Shown here: piece after piece, positions 37,527 through 46,749 of the stretch
Layout: the number at the start of each line of letters is the position of its first letter
Position numbering within the stretch: the stretch's first letter is position 1
NCBI GenBank assembly: GCA_964634875.1
Contig: CAZWKA010000007.1
Location: forward strand, 1,649 to 65,648
Direction: 5' to 3'
Length of the DNA stretch: 64,000 nucleotides
From: an uncultured Gammaproteobacteria bacterium
GTDB taxonomy: Bacteria; Patescibacteriota; Patescibacteriia; Magasanikbacterales; GWA2-37-8
Notes under the pieces: generated by a model
What the model saw: the letters and a program-made list of their open reading frames with translations, nothing else
Told to the model about the DNA's origin: nothing
Databases searched by the model: none
Position numbers and translations under genes: made by a program

Positions 37527-38153
37527 TTATTTACTTACTACAATAATCTGATTCACCCACACCCCTTTTTCCTCAATCATACTTTCTTTTTCAATCCCAA
37601 AAGCCAAGCTACCTAAAATCTCCCGGATTTTTTCCGGCCGATGGTAATAAGAATCAATCTTAATAATCCCCTGTTTTGTCTCAACTTCGGGCGCTTCTTT
37701 TTGATTGATGTTGGTAACGATCAATTTTCCACCCGGCTTTAGTACCCGGTAAGCTTCGTCAAAAAAGCGTGTCGGATCTTTGAGATGCACAATAAGAAAA
37801 GCGGCCACGACAAAATCAAAATGAGCATCAGGAAATGACATACTTTCTGCATCACCAACGACTGTTTCGATCTTTGTTCTAATTTTATTCCGCAACACTT
37901 TCAACATTTCTTCCGATACATCAAGCGCCGTTACCAGAGCGCCCTTTTTAACTAGCTCAATCGCTAGGCGTCCCGTGCCTGCGCCCACATCGAGAACTGT
38001 CTTGCCCTCAAGATCGCCAAACAGCGGCAGCACTTTCTGTTGTTCAAAACTGTTGAGGTATTTTTCTTTTTTGTCGTAGGTGCTTGCGGCCAGATCGTAG
38101 CCAGTTTGTGAATTGTGGATCTTTATTTTTGACTTTGACATAACAAAATACAA
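37527..38153 (-). CDS. Class I SAM-dependent methyltransferase
   Basis: VLDVGAGTGRLAIEL glycine-rich SAM motif. Confidence 0.8.
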   Translation of the reverse strand: MYFVMSKSKIKIHNSQTGYDLAASTYDKKEKYLNSFEQQKVLPLFGDLEGKTVLDVGAGTGRLAIELVKKGALVTALDVSEEMLKVLRNKIRTKIETVVGDAESMSFPDAHFDFVVAAFLIVHLKDPTRFFDEAYRVLKPGGKLIVTNINQKEAPEVETKQGIIKIDSYYHRPEKIREILGSLAFGIEKESMIEEKGVWVNQIIVVSK

Positions 38154-38168
38154 AACAAAAAATATAAA

Positions 38169-38537
38169 TCAATTGAACGACTTTCTAACAGTACGAACAC
38201 TCGCTCCAAGCATGTTAGCAATTTCGGTAGTTTCTTTTAATAATCTCGTAACCGAATCTCTATTTGCCTTGTGTGAGGCTCTTAATAAACCAAGCCAAAA
38301 TTTACTTTCATTAGCAGATTTTAAAGCATGATTTAAAAAGACTGCAAAATCTTTTCGAGAATTTCCCCCTTGGGATTCCGCAATATTAGCTCCGATACTG
38401 GTACCGCTACGAAGAAGTTGTTTTGAAATAACCTGAACACTCCAATCATTCTTGTTCAAAGTATCTAGTAACTTAATTAATTGAAGCGCATGCTTATAAG
38501 CTCTATATTTAAGATTGTTTTCTTCAGTCATACGCAA
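38169..38537 (-). CDS. Four-helix-bundle protein (the family often found inside 23S rRNA intervening sequences)
   Basis: GTSIGANIAESQGGNSRKDFAVFLNHALKSANES matches the family signature. Confidence 0.7.
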   Translation of the reverse strand: MRMTEENNLKYRAYKHALQLIKLLDTLNKNDWSVQVISKQLLRSGTSIGANIAESQGGNSRKDFAVFLNHALKSANESKFWLGLLRASHKANRDSVTRLLKETTEIANMLGASVRTVRKSFN

Positions 38538-40174
38538 TATTTTGTATTTTTTTCTTTGTATTTAAACTTTGTTAGCAACCGCTCGCTCCTCGCAATGACA
38601 GCAAATAACGCAACATACAGTCCAATCATCCCCCACCACGGCAAAGCAGTATCGAAGGATGCCCAACTTTTCTCCCCAAAAAAACTAACGACCAGTATAA
38701 CATACTTGAGACCCAACGCAGCAAGCCAAGCGATTATTTGCCCCAAAGGGAAATATAAGAAACTCGCTACAAGCGAAACAAAACCGAAGAGCATGAGCCA
38801 GGGTATACACCATAATATTAACACATTCACCAAGGGCGCGACGGTTGATAAGCGGCCAAACTGAAAAAGGATGAGGGGCAGCGTGGCAATAATTGCCGAA
38901 AGGGTGGCAATAAGCGTTTCAACAAAAGGCTTAACTTTGTCATTGCGAGCTAAGCGAAGCAACCCCCTCGATAAACAAGTCCAGTTCTTGTTAAAAAATG
39001 AATCTGTAATCAAGGGGATTGCTTCGTCCCCGCCGCGGCAGGTCCTCGCAATGACATGCTCTAGCACGGGTGAGACATACACAAGCCCGAGCGTTGCTAA
39101 AAATGACAACTGGAACCCCGCGTCCCAGATAAGTACGTACGGATTCAATAGCGTCATCACTGCCGCAGTAAAGACAAGTACGTTACTGATGCGCGACAAT
39201 CGCCCCAACTGGCGCGCGACCAGAACCAAACTCCCCATGATCCCAGCGCGCACAACCGATGCAGAGGCACCGGTAAAAATAACAAAGATACAAATAATCC
39301 CAAGGATACACCAAAAGGCACGGCGACGGGATAGCCCGGCCAGCATAAAAATACTGCCGAGCACCGTGCCAATGATCGTAATGTTAAATCCGGAAACAGC
39401 AATGATGTGCGTAACGCCGGTACGGCTGAAATTCTCACTGAGTTCCTTGGGTAACCCACTTTTGCTGCCGTACAGGAGACCGGCCATGAAACTAGCTTCG
39501 GGCTCACCCCAAAGCCGGCCAATCTGTTGGCCAATACGTGATTTTAATTTTAGAATCCTACCCATCAGCGGGCTCCCGCTTTGGCCTTCTTCTAGAGTAA
39601 TAAACGGATTATTACACACCGACCAAACAGCTTGCTGAGCCAAGTATTTATCATACCGAAATGTCCCATCCGGGGCGACGAACGGAGCGTCAAGCAAGCA
39701 TTTGATGGTTAATCTGTCGCCGTACTGAAAAGCCGGGTATGATCGATTCTTAAGCAACATTTTTCCTGAAACAAAGTGTTCAGTCTTATTTTCAATCAAT
39801 TTTTCGACAGCGAGGATATAGCGAGTTTCGCCAATCTGCACGTCCGGTTCTGCGGTCACAAATCCCGTTACCGTTACCGGGCGCCCATTGTACGAGTGAA
39901 GCTCGCCGGGCGCATCCGCTGGAAACGAAACCAAAAAACGGAGTGCGCCAAGGATAAAAAATAAAACAACCAAAAGAATACACCTAGCGCCCAACCGAGA
40001 CCAATTCATAATCGCCAGGAACGCAGCGATAAAGAATAGAATAAATAATGGATACAAGAAGTAATCATCGGTGCAAAACGAAAAAATCCCTGCCCCAAGC
40101 ATAAACGAAAAACAAAACGCGAGGAACGTTTTGCTTCGTGAATTGATTATTGTGGTATATGCCCCCTCAAGCAT
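38528..40174 (-). CDS. comEC: ComEC/Rec2 family competence membrane protein (N-terminal OB/DUF4131 plus competence channel domain; no MBL domain)
   Basis: Polytopic protein with the competence-domain segment GVTHIIAVSGFNITIIG. 548 aa, compared with about 750-aa full-length ComEC. Contains an in-frame MITE copy. Confidence 0.75.
   Translation of the reverse strand: MLEGAYTTIINSRSKTFLAFCFSFMLGAGIFSFCTDDYFLYPLFILFFIAAFLAIMNWSRLGARCILLVVLFFILGALRFLVSFPADAPGELHSYNGRPVTVTGFVTAEPDVQIGETRYILAVEKLIENKTEHFVSGKMLLKNRSYPAFQYGDRLTIKCLLDAPFVAPDGTFRYDKYLAQQAVWSVCNNPFITLEEGQSGSPLMGRILKLKSRIGQQIGRLWGEPEASFMAGLLYGSKSGLPKELSENFSRTGVTHIIAVSGFNITIIGTVLGSIFMLAGLSRRRAFWCILGIICIFVIFTGASASVVRAGIMGSLVLVARQLGRLSRISNVLVFTAAVMTLLNPYVLIWDAGFQLSFLATLGLVYVSPVLEHVIARTCRGGDEAIPLITDSFFNKNWTCLSRGLLRLARNDKVKPFVETLIATLSAIIATLPLILFQFGRLSTVAPLVNVLILWCIPWLMLFGFVSLVASFLYFPLGQIIAWLAALGLKYVILVVSFFGEKSWASFDTALPWWGMIGLYVALFAVIARSERLLTKFKYKEKNTKYCV
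38939..39055. repeat. MITE-like palindromic element inserted in-frame within the ComEC ORF
   Basis: gtcattgcgagctaagcgaagcaacccc...ggggattgcttcgtccccgccgcggcaggtcctcgcaatgac. Translated as ...EHVIARTCRGGDEAIPLITDSFFNKNWTCLSRGLLRLARNDK... A further 19-nt arm at 38581-38599 supplies the last codons (VIARSER) of ComEC. Confidence 0.65.
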
Positions 40175-40251
40175 AGGCTGGAGTTTGGTTAAAAAGACGT
40201 ATCAAGCATTAGGCAAATACGAGGAAATTGAATTCACTGCTTGGGCATATA

Positions 40252-40890
40252 CTACGATCGGACGAAGAACTCATACACGATTAGAGCCACTTGAAAAATA
40301 ATCAATGCCTCAATAACCCATGCTGCAAAACGTATTTTGCGGCGCTGACTATTGTATAGAGCGACATCAGCGGGATCGATAGGCACAACGCTATACCCGG
40401 CAGCACGAAGCGCACCCGTCAATGTTTGAACATCACCGTATGAAAGTTGATACAACCAGGGGGCCTGATCACTGCACTCAATCTTGATCGCCCAGGTAGC
40501 TTGGAATTTGACGAGCGCGAACAGGTTAAGCGAAGGACTCGGCACAAAAGAAATTCTCGTAACCGACGATTTAGCCACAGTGTTGAGCAGTTTTGCGCCG
40601 TGCGATCTAACCTCCAACCCGGCCTCCCCGACACGCAAGTATTCCCGTTTGCCCAGAGCGCTCCAAAACCATATAGCAATAATAACCGTAAAAAGTTTGG
40701 CCGCGACCACGAGCGCCTCAACGTTAAATTCGTAAGGGTACTGCTCAAGATTCTTAACAACAAAAAAAGTACCCACCGCAACAGTGACAACAGTCATGAA
40801 AATAGCCAACCAAAAAACTCGCCGCAAATTAAAGCCCGGATTTTGGAGTATATATGTGTACGAGTTTTCAGGCATACATTTAGACAACAA
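40252..40890 (-). CDS. Hypothetical polytopic membrane protein
   Basis: Three to four TM helices. Overlaps the leuS end by 11 nt. Confidence 0.4.
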   Translation of the reverse strand: MLSKCMPENSYTYILQNPGFNLRRVFWLAIFMTVVTVAVGTFFVVKNLEQYPYEFNVEALVVAAKLFTVIIAIWFWSALGKREYLRVGEAGLEVRSHGAKLLNTVAKSSVTRISFVPSPSLNLFALVKFQATWAIKIECSDQAPWLYQLSYGDVQTLTGALRAAGYSVVPIDPADVALYNSQRRKIRFAAWVIEALIIFQVALIVYEFFVRS

Positions 40891-43800
40891 TACTTACCAA
40901 TTTGCCTTTGACATAAATGACCTTCTTTGGTTCTTGACCCTTCAGCCAAGCAACAATTTTTTCACTTGCTAGCGCCAGTTTTTTAACTGTTTCATCGTCA
41001 AGGTTCTTAGCGACCGTCAGCTGGTCGCGGACTTTACCATTGACCTGAATAACGAGCGCAAAGCTGTCATCGACTAACCATTTTGCATCGGCAATGGGCC
41101 ACGGCGCGAGCGCCACGCTACCGTCGTTACCGAGGGCACTTGACCACAACTCTTCGGCTACATGCGGCGCAAACGGCGCAAGTACTTTGATCAGCATTTC
41201 ATACACTGACTTGCCAATATGCGTAAAACCACTCATTTCATTAATGAACTCCATCATCTTGGCAACTGACGTGTTAAATTTCATTTCATCAATATCGCTC
41301 GACACTTTAGCAACGAGGCGGTGCGCTAACTTATATTGCTCCTCAGAAATCCCTGATTCATCAGCGGTAACTTTTTCTTGCAAGTTCCACACTTTTTCAA
41401 GAAAACGATAGACACCAACAACACCATTCGTATTCCAAGCTACTGCCTGGTCGAACGGACCCATAAACATAATATAGCTGCGTAAGGCGTCGGCACCAAA
41501 CTGAGCCACAATATCGTCGGGATTCACCACGTTCCCACGACTCTTACTCATTTTTTCACCATCTTCCGCAAGAATGATGCCGTGGGAAGTGCGCTTTTTA
41601 TACGGTTCGAGTGTTGGGACTAATCCCTGGTCATACAAAAATTGATTCCAGAAACGGGAATAGAGCAGGTGCAGCACCGTGTGCTCATTACCACCGTTAT
41701 ACCAATCAACGGGCGCCCAGTACTGTAGTTTTTCTGGTGCAGCAAAGGCAGTGTCGTTGTGCGGATCCATATAGCGCAGCCAGTACCAACTTGACCCAGC
41801 CCAATTCGGCATCGTGTCGGTTTCACGGCGGGCTGTGCCAGGAACAAAAACATTGTGGATGTCGGTGTAGTTTTTAAGGATTTGGTTTTCGGGCAATACT
41901 TCTTTAAGCTTTTCAAAACCATGATACCCCCAGGCACAACCAATAATATTCCTTCGGTCTAAGAATTCTTCAAGCTCATAGACGTCTGCTTTGGTATCTG
42001 TAAAATAAAAAGCATCTTGTTCGCTTATTTCCCAAGCCTTACAAATTGAAGCAATTTTTTCTTCTTTGGAATGGTGGTCTTCAAAAGTAAGCACATGCGT
42101 AGCATCAAGACCTGACACTGCAATTTTATTTTCAATGTATAATTTTGACCCACTTGAAACAATCGCAATTTTGGTGTTTTTAATCTTTTTAATTTCCGCA
42201 ATAAACTCAGCGAACAAATCAAAGCCCTCAGCATTCATCTGCGCTCCATACTCAGCTGTAAACCGCTGGTTCCACGCAACCATTTCATCCGTCATAGTAT
42301 GACCTTTAGCATGATACGGTTTTTTATCAAAATATTCTTCCATCTGCGCGAGGGCATCATCACGATCTTTAGCATAACCTGAAGTAACCCGTGCCCGGAG
42401 TGACGCCTCAAAAGTATCGCCAACGACACCGTCAAAATCAAAAATTAAATACTTAGGGGTGTCGGCTGACAACTTGGTACAGCGCGGACAATCGGTTTTT
42501 ACCCAATCATCAATTTTTGACAGCGGTGACTCGCCCGTGTCAGTCGGTTCATATTTTTCTACCTGGGGCAACGTGAGCGGCAGCTGGTCTTCCGGAACTG
42601 GCACATACCCACACTTATCACAAATGACAATGGGAATTGGTTCACCCCAGTAGCGCTGGCGTGAAAAAACCCAGTCACGGAGTTTGTAGTTGGTTTTGGC
42701 GACACCAAATTTCTCAGTAATTTTTTGCTTGGCTTCCGCCGAAGTAAGACCGCTAAACTCAGCGGAATGTATGAGCACACCGTCTTCGGTAAGCGCAAAG
42801 CCGCCAGCAGTAAACCAACGCCATTCAAATGGTCCGTCAACCACATTCACAAAGCCGCCTACTTCATCCTGCGGTATCCAAACCGGGTCATGCTTAGCAC
42901 TTTCGGCGAGCGCAATAGTATCTTTAGCTTCGTCATCAAGCTCAAAATGCAACGGATGAATTTCAGCATACCGATTTTCATCTTTGTGTGCCGCATGGTA
43001 TTGAGTGTGAAACTCAACGCCCAGCGACCGGACAAAACGAATATTCCTATATCCTGTTTCTTCCATAATTTCCCGCTTCGCCGCCTCAACCACATCTTCA
43101 CCATCTTCGACACCACCAATTATAAAGGTATGCGGTAAACGACTGCCCCAGACTGCGCCTTTCCATGAGAGCATCAAAATTGCACCATCACTTTTACGGC
43201 TGACAATAGCGTGCACCGTACGCCGACGGACTGTTTTTTTATCCGGCCGTGGCGGGTTTACTGGCTCGATGAATTGCGGCGCAATTACCTGTCGCACAGA
43301 AAGATTATATTTTTTAGCGAACTCAAAATCACGCTCATCGTGAGCGGGCACGCCCATGACTGCACCAGTACCAACCGTACTCAAAACATAGTTAGTAATC
43401 CATACCGGAACAGTTTCGCCGGTGGCCGGATTCACTGCGGTGACACCGGTTTCGATACCAGTTTTTTCGGGTTCTTCACGGGTATTCATAACCGCACGGG
43501 CGGCGATACATTCGGCAATATATTTTTTGACCTCGACTGTTGTTTCCCACCCGACTTCGAGCCATTTTTTGGCAACTTCGGGGGCAATAGCAATATAGGT
43601 GACGCCGAAAAGAGTATCCGGACGCGTCGTGAAGACTTCTATTTCTTCAAATCCAGGGAATTGCTTCGTCGTTTCACTCCTCGCAATGACAAATTTGATG
43701 AGTGCACCTTCACTTTTGCCAATCCAATTTTGTTGCTGTGCTTTGGCTTCGGGAATATACTTTACTTCTTCAAGTCCTTGAAGCAACTGCTCAGCATACT

Positions 43801-44389
43801 TGGTAATCGCCAGCATCCACTGTTCTTTGTTCCTTGCCTCAACCGGCGTGCCGCAACGTTCACAGCAACCACCAACCACTTCTTCGTTGGCGAGCCCAAT
43901 TTTGTCTTTTGGACACCAGTTAATCGGCTGATTTTTTTTGTACGCAAGTCCGGCTTTAAAAAATTGTAAGAATAACCACTGGGTCCATTTGTAATACTTG
44001 GGATCAGTGGTATCAATCACGCGAGACCAGTCAAAACCAAAACCAAGACTCTTAAGTTGCCGAGTAAATGTAGCGATATTTTCTTTAGTTACTTCGGCAG
44101 GTGGACGGCCAGTTTTGATAGCATAATTTTCGGTCGGCAAACCAAAGGCGTCAAAACCAATTGGATATAAAACGTTACATCCTTCCATCCGTTTCTTACG
44201 CGACACCACATCCATGGCGGTGAAAGGGCGCGGGTGACCGACGTGGAGGCCGGCGCCAGACGGGTACGGAAATTCAATGAGCGCATAGAATTTTTGTCTA
44301 GTGACATCGTCGCTAGCAGCAAAGGTTTTATTTTTGTCCCAATATTTTTGCCATTTCTTTTCAATTTCCTCCGGATTGTATTTTTTCAT
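40880..44389 (-). CDS. leuS: Leucine--tRNA ligase carrying embedded Nudix-hydrolase and HAD-hydrolase modules (1169 aa)
   Basis: HIGH motif (HVGHP), editing domain (TTRPDT, PAHDERD), KMSKS, and C-terminal anticodon-binding region. An inserted Nudix box GGVEDGEDVVEAAKREIMEETG lies between the editing domain and the YRLRDW...RYWGEPIP segment. An inserted HAD motif I LIFDFDGVV lies between CPRCTKLSADT and ARRETDT. Confidence 0.9.
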   Translation of the reverse strand: MKKYNPEEIEKKWQKYWDKNKTFAASDDVTRQKFYALIEFPYPSGAGLHVGHPRPFTAMDVVSRKKRMEGCNVLYPIGFDAFGLPTENYAIKTGRPPAEVTKENIATFTRQLKSLGFGFDWSRVIDTTDPKYYKWTQWLFLQFFKAGLAYKKNQPINWCPKDKIGLANEEVVGGCCERCGTPVEARNKEQWMLAITKYAEQLLQGLEEVKYIPEAKAQQQNWIGKSEGALIKFVIARSETTKQFPGFEEIEVFTTRPDTLFGVTYIAIAPEVAKKWLEVGWETTVEVKKYIAECIAARAVMNTREEPEKTGIETGVTAVNPATGETVPVWITNYVLSTVGTGAVMGVPAHDERDFEFAKKYNLSVRQVIAPQFIEPVNPPRPDKKTVRRRTVHAIVSRKSDGAILMLSWKGAVWGSRLPHTFIIGGVEDGEDVVEAAKREIMEETGYRNIRFVRSLGVEFHTQYHAAHKDENRYAEIHPLHFELDDEAKDTIALAESAKHDPVWIPQDEVGGFVNVVDGPFEWRWFTAGGFALTEDGVLIHSAEFSGLTSAEAKQKITEKFGVAKTNYKLRDWVFSRQRYWGEPIPIVICDKCGYVPVPEDQLPLTLPQVEKYEPTDTGESPLSKIDDWVKTDCPRCTKLSADTPKYLIFDFDGVVGDTFEASLRARVTSGYAKDRDDALAQMEEYFDKKPYHAKGHTMTDEMVAWNQRFTAEYGAQMNAEGFDLFAEFIAEIKKIKNTKIAIVSSGSKLYIENKIAVSGLDATHVLTFEDHHSKEEKIASICKAWEISEQDAFYFTDTKADVYELEEFLDRRNIIGCAWGYHGFEKLKEVLPENQILKNYTDIHNVFVPGTARRETDTMPNWAGSSWYWLRYMDPHNDTAFAAPEKLQYWAPVDWYNGGNEHTVLHLLYSRFWNQFLYDQGLVPTLEPYKKRTSHGIILAEDGEKMSKSRGNVVNPDDIVAQFGADALRSYIMFMGPFDQAVAWNTNGVVGVYRFLEKVWNLQEKVTADESGISEEQYKLAHRLVAKVSSDIDEMKFNTSVAKMMEFINEMSGFTHIGKSVYEMLIKVLAPFAPHVAEELWSSALGNDGSVALAPWPIADAKWLVDDSFALVIQVNGKVRDQLTVAKNLDDETVKKLALASEKIVAWLKGQEPKKVIYVKGKLVSIVV
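43656..43690. repeat. MITE arm (gggaattgcttcgtcgtttcactcctcgcaatgac) encoded in-frame inside leuS
   Basis: Translates as FVIARSETTKQFPG within the editing-domain entry region. Confidence 0.5.
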
Positions 44390-44474
44390 AACATGTTAAC
44401 TAATCAGCTGAAGCTTAGAATAGTCTTAGTCTACTCAAAAGACAGGTTAAAATCAAGCAACATCTACTTCGTTA

Positions 44475-45338
44475 TTATTTCTGACAATTTCGGCAAAAAT
44501 GCGTCCCTCGCCCCGCTACCTTAGTTTTTTCGATAGTGCCGGTTTTACACGTTTTACACCGCGCATTCTTGGAACCGTACACTTTTAGGTGCGCGGAAAA
44601 ATTGCCTTTGTTGCCTTCACTATCGATGTAATTATTAAACGTTGTGCCGCGATACTTAACCGCCTTTTTAATGATTGCATTTGAGGCAATGTGGAGCTTT
44701 TTAATCTCAGCCGGCGTCAGCGTAGCTGTCCGCCTGGTTGGCAGCACACCAGCCGCGTGACAAATTTCATCGGCATAGATATTCCCTATTCCCGCAATCA
44801 GCGCCTGGTTGAGCAGCAGCGCCTTGATGTTCGTTTTTTTATTTTTGAGCAGCGCCAAAAATTTCGCAAACGTAAAATCTTTTGTAAGCGGTTCAATGCC
44901 AAAACCATCCAAAACTTTTATCGACTGCTCCTCAGTAACTAATTTTAAATACCCAAACTTGCGCAGATCATTAAAAAATAGCTGTGACGCATCGCCAAAC
45001 GTAAAAATAGCACCCGTAAACTTATCCGGCAGTTGTGTGTTTAGCGTTTTAAAACTGTGACCGCCGCCGACAATAGTATTTTTGAAAACATACACGAGCT
45101 GCCCGGTCATTTTGAGATGCACCAGAAGAACATCCGTCGCTTTTTCAAAACGAAAAATCATCAACTTCCCCCGCCGGTCAATCTCACTGATTTTTTTACC
45201 AACTAAAAAAGCTGCCACCTCTTGGGGTTTTCCGGCAGCTACTTTAGGATACAGCGCCTTAAACTCAGTAATTTTTTTACCGATAATTTTGCGGCGTAAA
45301 TCTTGGCGGATCGTTTCAACTTCGGGTAATTCGGGCAT
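44475..45338 (-). CDS. mutM: Formamidopyrimidine-DNA glycosylase (Fpg/MutM)
   Basis: N-terminal MPELPEVE and C-terminal zinc finger CxxC...CxxC. Confidence 0.9.
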   Translation of the reverse strand: MPELPEVETIRQDLRRKIIGKKITEFKALYPKVAAGKPQEVAAFLVGKKISEIDRRGKLMIFRFEKATDVLLVHLKMTGQLVYVFKNTIVGGGHSFKTLNTQLPDKFTGAIFTFGDASQLFFNDLRKFGYLKLVTEEQSIKVLDGFGIEPLTKDFTFAKFLALLKNKKTNIKALLLNQALIAGIGNIYADEICHAAGVLPTRRTATLTPAEIKKLHIASNAIIKKAVKYRGTTFNNYIDSEGNKGNFSAHLKVYGSKNARCKTCKTGTIEKTKVAGRGTHFCRNCQK

Positions 45339-45344
45339 ACAAAA

Positions 45345-45388
45345 AAGAACACCTTTTCTTAAAAAGCGACCTTGCGGCCGCTTTTCTT
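45345..45388 (-). terminator. Rho-independent terminator downstream of the 45391..46314 gene
   Basis: aaagcgaccttgcggccgctttt hairpin with flanking T-runs. Confidence 0.4.
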
Positions 45389-45390
45389 TT

Positions 45391-46314
45391 TTAAACTGTT
45401 GGTTTGTTGCGTAGTTTGCGCCGAACCAACCAGATACTGAGCAAGGCGATACCCCATACTGGAGAGAAAATAAGTACCCAGATACCGAGTTCGGCTAATT
45501 CCTGGCCGACCTCAATAAGCGTACGGATTGCCTCTTTGACCACTGCAACCGGGCGCCAGACTGAACCATCTTGCTCCACAACAGGCAAAACACTAGGATC
45601 AGTCGACAGATTGACCGTCAAAACCGAAAGATCCACACTCTCTTGAAGATATTTGCGACGCGCTTCATAGCTTTCAATCTCGGAACGGATTTGAGTCAGT
45701 TCGCGCTGCACACTGAGTACGTCGGCAATACTGCCGGAACGCTTCATTATTTCAAGGAGTTGCGCTTCGCTGGCGCGATAATTTTTAAGCCGGGCTTCCA
45801 GATCAACATATTCTTCGGTCACATCTGTGCCCCGAATATTTTCACTTTCGAGTTCACCAAAATTTTTGACTTCCGCAATACCAGCGCTAAATTCTTTCGC
45901 TGGGATACGCACCGTAATGCGCCCCACCGGGACCAAACCATTTTTGTAAACAGTACTTTCAACCACGAAACCACCTTTTTTGAGGGCAAGGTCGGTAATT
46001 TGTTGCAGCGACCAATTCAGGTCTTTAACAACGAGCGACAATTCGCTCGAACGCACCACCATTCGCTCTTCACGGGCAGGCGAAGGACTTGCCGATGGCG
46101 CTACCTGGTCGGCTGCATACGAAGGAGCCTGGGCTACTTTACCCATTCCAAACCCACCATACGCTCCGCCCTCGTCAGATTCAACCAGGCTGTAAGAGCT
46201 GCTGCCGGTGGTCGTCATGCCCTGGCGCTCATAGTACGTTTTGCCAAAAGCAATCGCGAACACCAAACATAAAAATAAGCCGATACCAAGGGCAAGTTTA
46301 GCTTTGGAGGACAT
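45391..46314 (-). CDS. DUF4349-like periplasmic coiled-coil protein with N-terminal anchor and C-terminal TM helix
   Basis: N-terminal TM, central coiled coil and C-terminal TM (GIWVLIFSPVWGIALLSIWLV). Confidence 0.45.
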   Translation of the reverse strand: MSSKAKLALGIGLFLCLVFAIAFGKTYYERQGMTTTGSSSYSLVESDEGGAYGGFGMGKVAQAPSYAADQVAPSASPSPAREERMVVRSSELSLVVKDLNWSLQQITDLALKKGGFVVESTVYKNGLVPVGRITVRIPAKEFSAGIAEVKNFGELESENIRGTDVTEEYVDLEARLKNYRASEAQLLEIMKRSGSIADVLSVQRELTQIRSEIESYEARRKYLQESVDLSVLTVNLSTDPSVLPVVEQDGSVWRPVAVVKEAIRTLIEVGQELAELGIWVLIFSPVWGIALLSIWLVRRKLRNKPTV

Positions 46315-46331
46315 GGGGAAAGATTTAAAAA

Positions 46332-46655
46332 TTAGACAAGATGTTTATTGATCATTTCTTGCAACTTCTCTTTCTGGACACCACCCACAACCTGGTCAAC
46401 CATTTTGCCGTCTTTGAAAAGAAGGAAGCTCGGAATGCTGAGGACATTATATTGCCCGGCAGTATTTGGGTTCTCGTCCACATTAACCTTGCCAACCTTG
46501 AGGTTCTTCCCTTCGTACTCATGTGCAAGAGTCTCCACAATTGGCCCCATCATCTGACAAGGACCACACCATGGTGCCCAGAAATCTACAAAAACGAACG
46601 TATCGGATTTTAAAACTTCATCATTAAAATTTGCGTCGGTGAAAATGTGTTCCAT
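46332..46655 (-). CDS. trxA: Thioredoxin
   Basis: WAPWCGPCQM active site. Confidence 0.95.
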   Translation of the reverse strand: MEHIFTDANFNDEVLKSDTFVFVDFWAPWCGPCQMMGPIVETLAHEYEGKNLKVGKVNVDENPNTAGQYNVLSIPSFLLFKDGKMVDQVVGGVQKEKLQEMINKHLV

Positions 46656-46749
46656 AGGATTAAAATTAAAAGCTAAAAATAAAAGCTAAAAATAAATGTG
46701 TCACCGTGGCGACTCCACTATTTTTAGTTTTTCGTTTTGCGCTTTACGT
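46656..46749 (-). repeat. Copy 4 of the roughly 85-nt palindromic intra-operon element (infB-trxA spacer)
   Basis: ...aaataaatgtgtcaccgtggcgactccactatttttagtttttcgttttgcgctttac... Confidence 0.55.

Noticed and set aside
40880-44389. Possibility that the extra LeuS segments are inteins
   Set aside because: The inserts begin with a HAD motif I (DxDGxV) and contain a Nudix box. They lack Hint/endonuclease blocks and the Cys/Ser-His-Asn splice junction residues.
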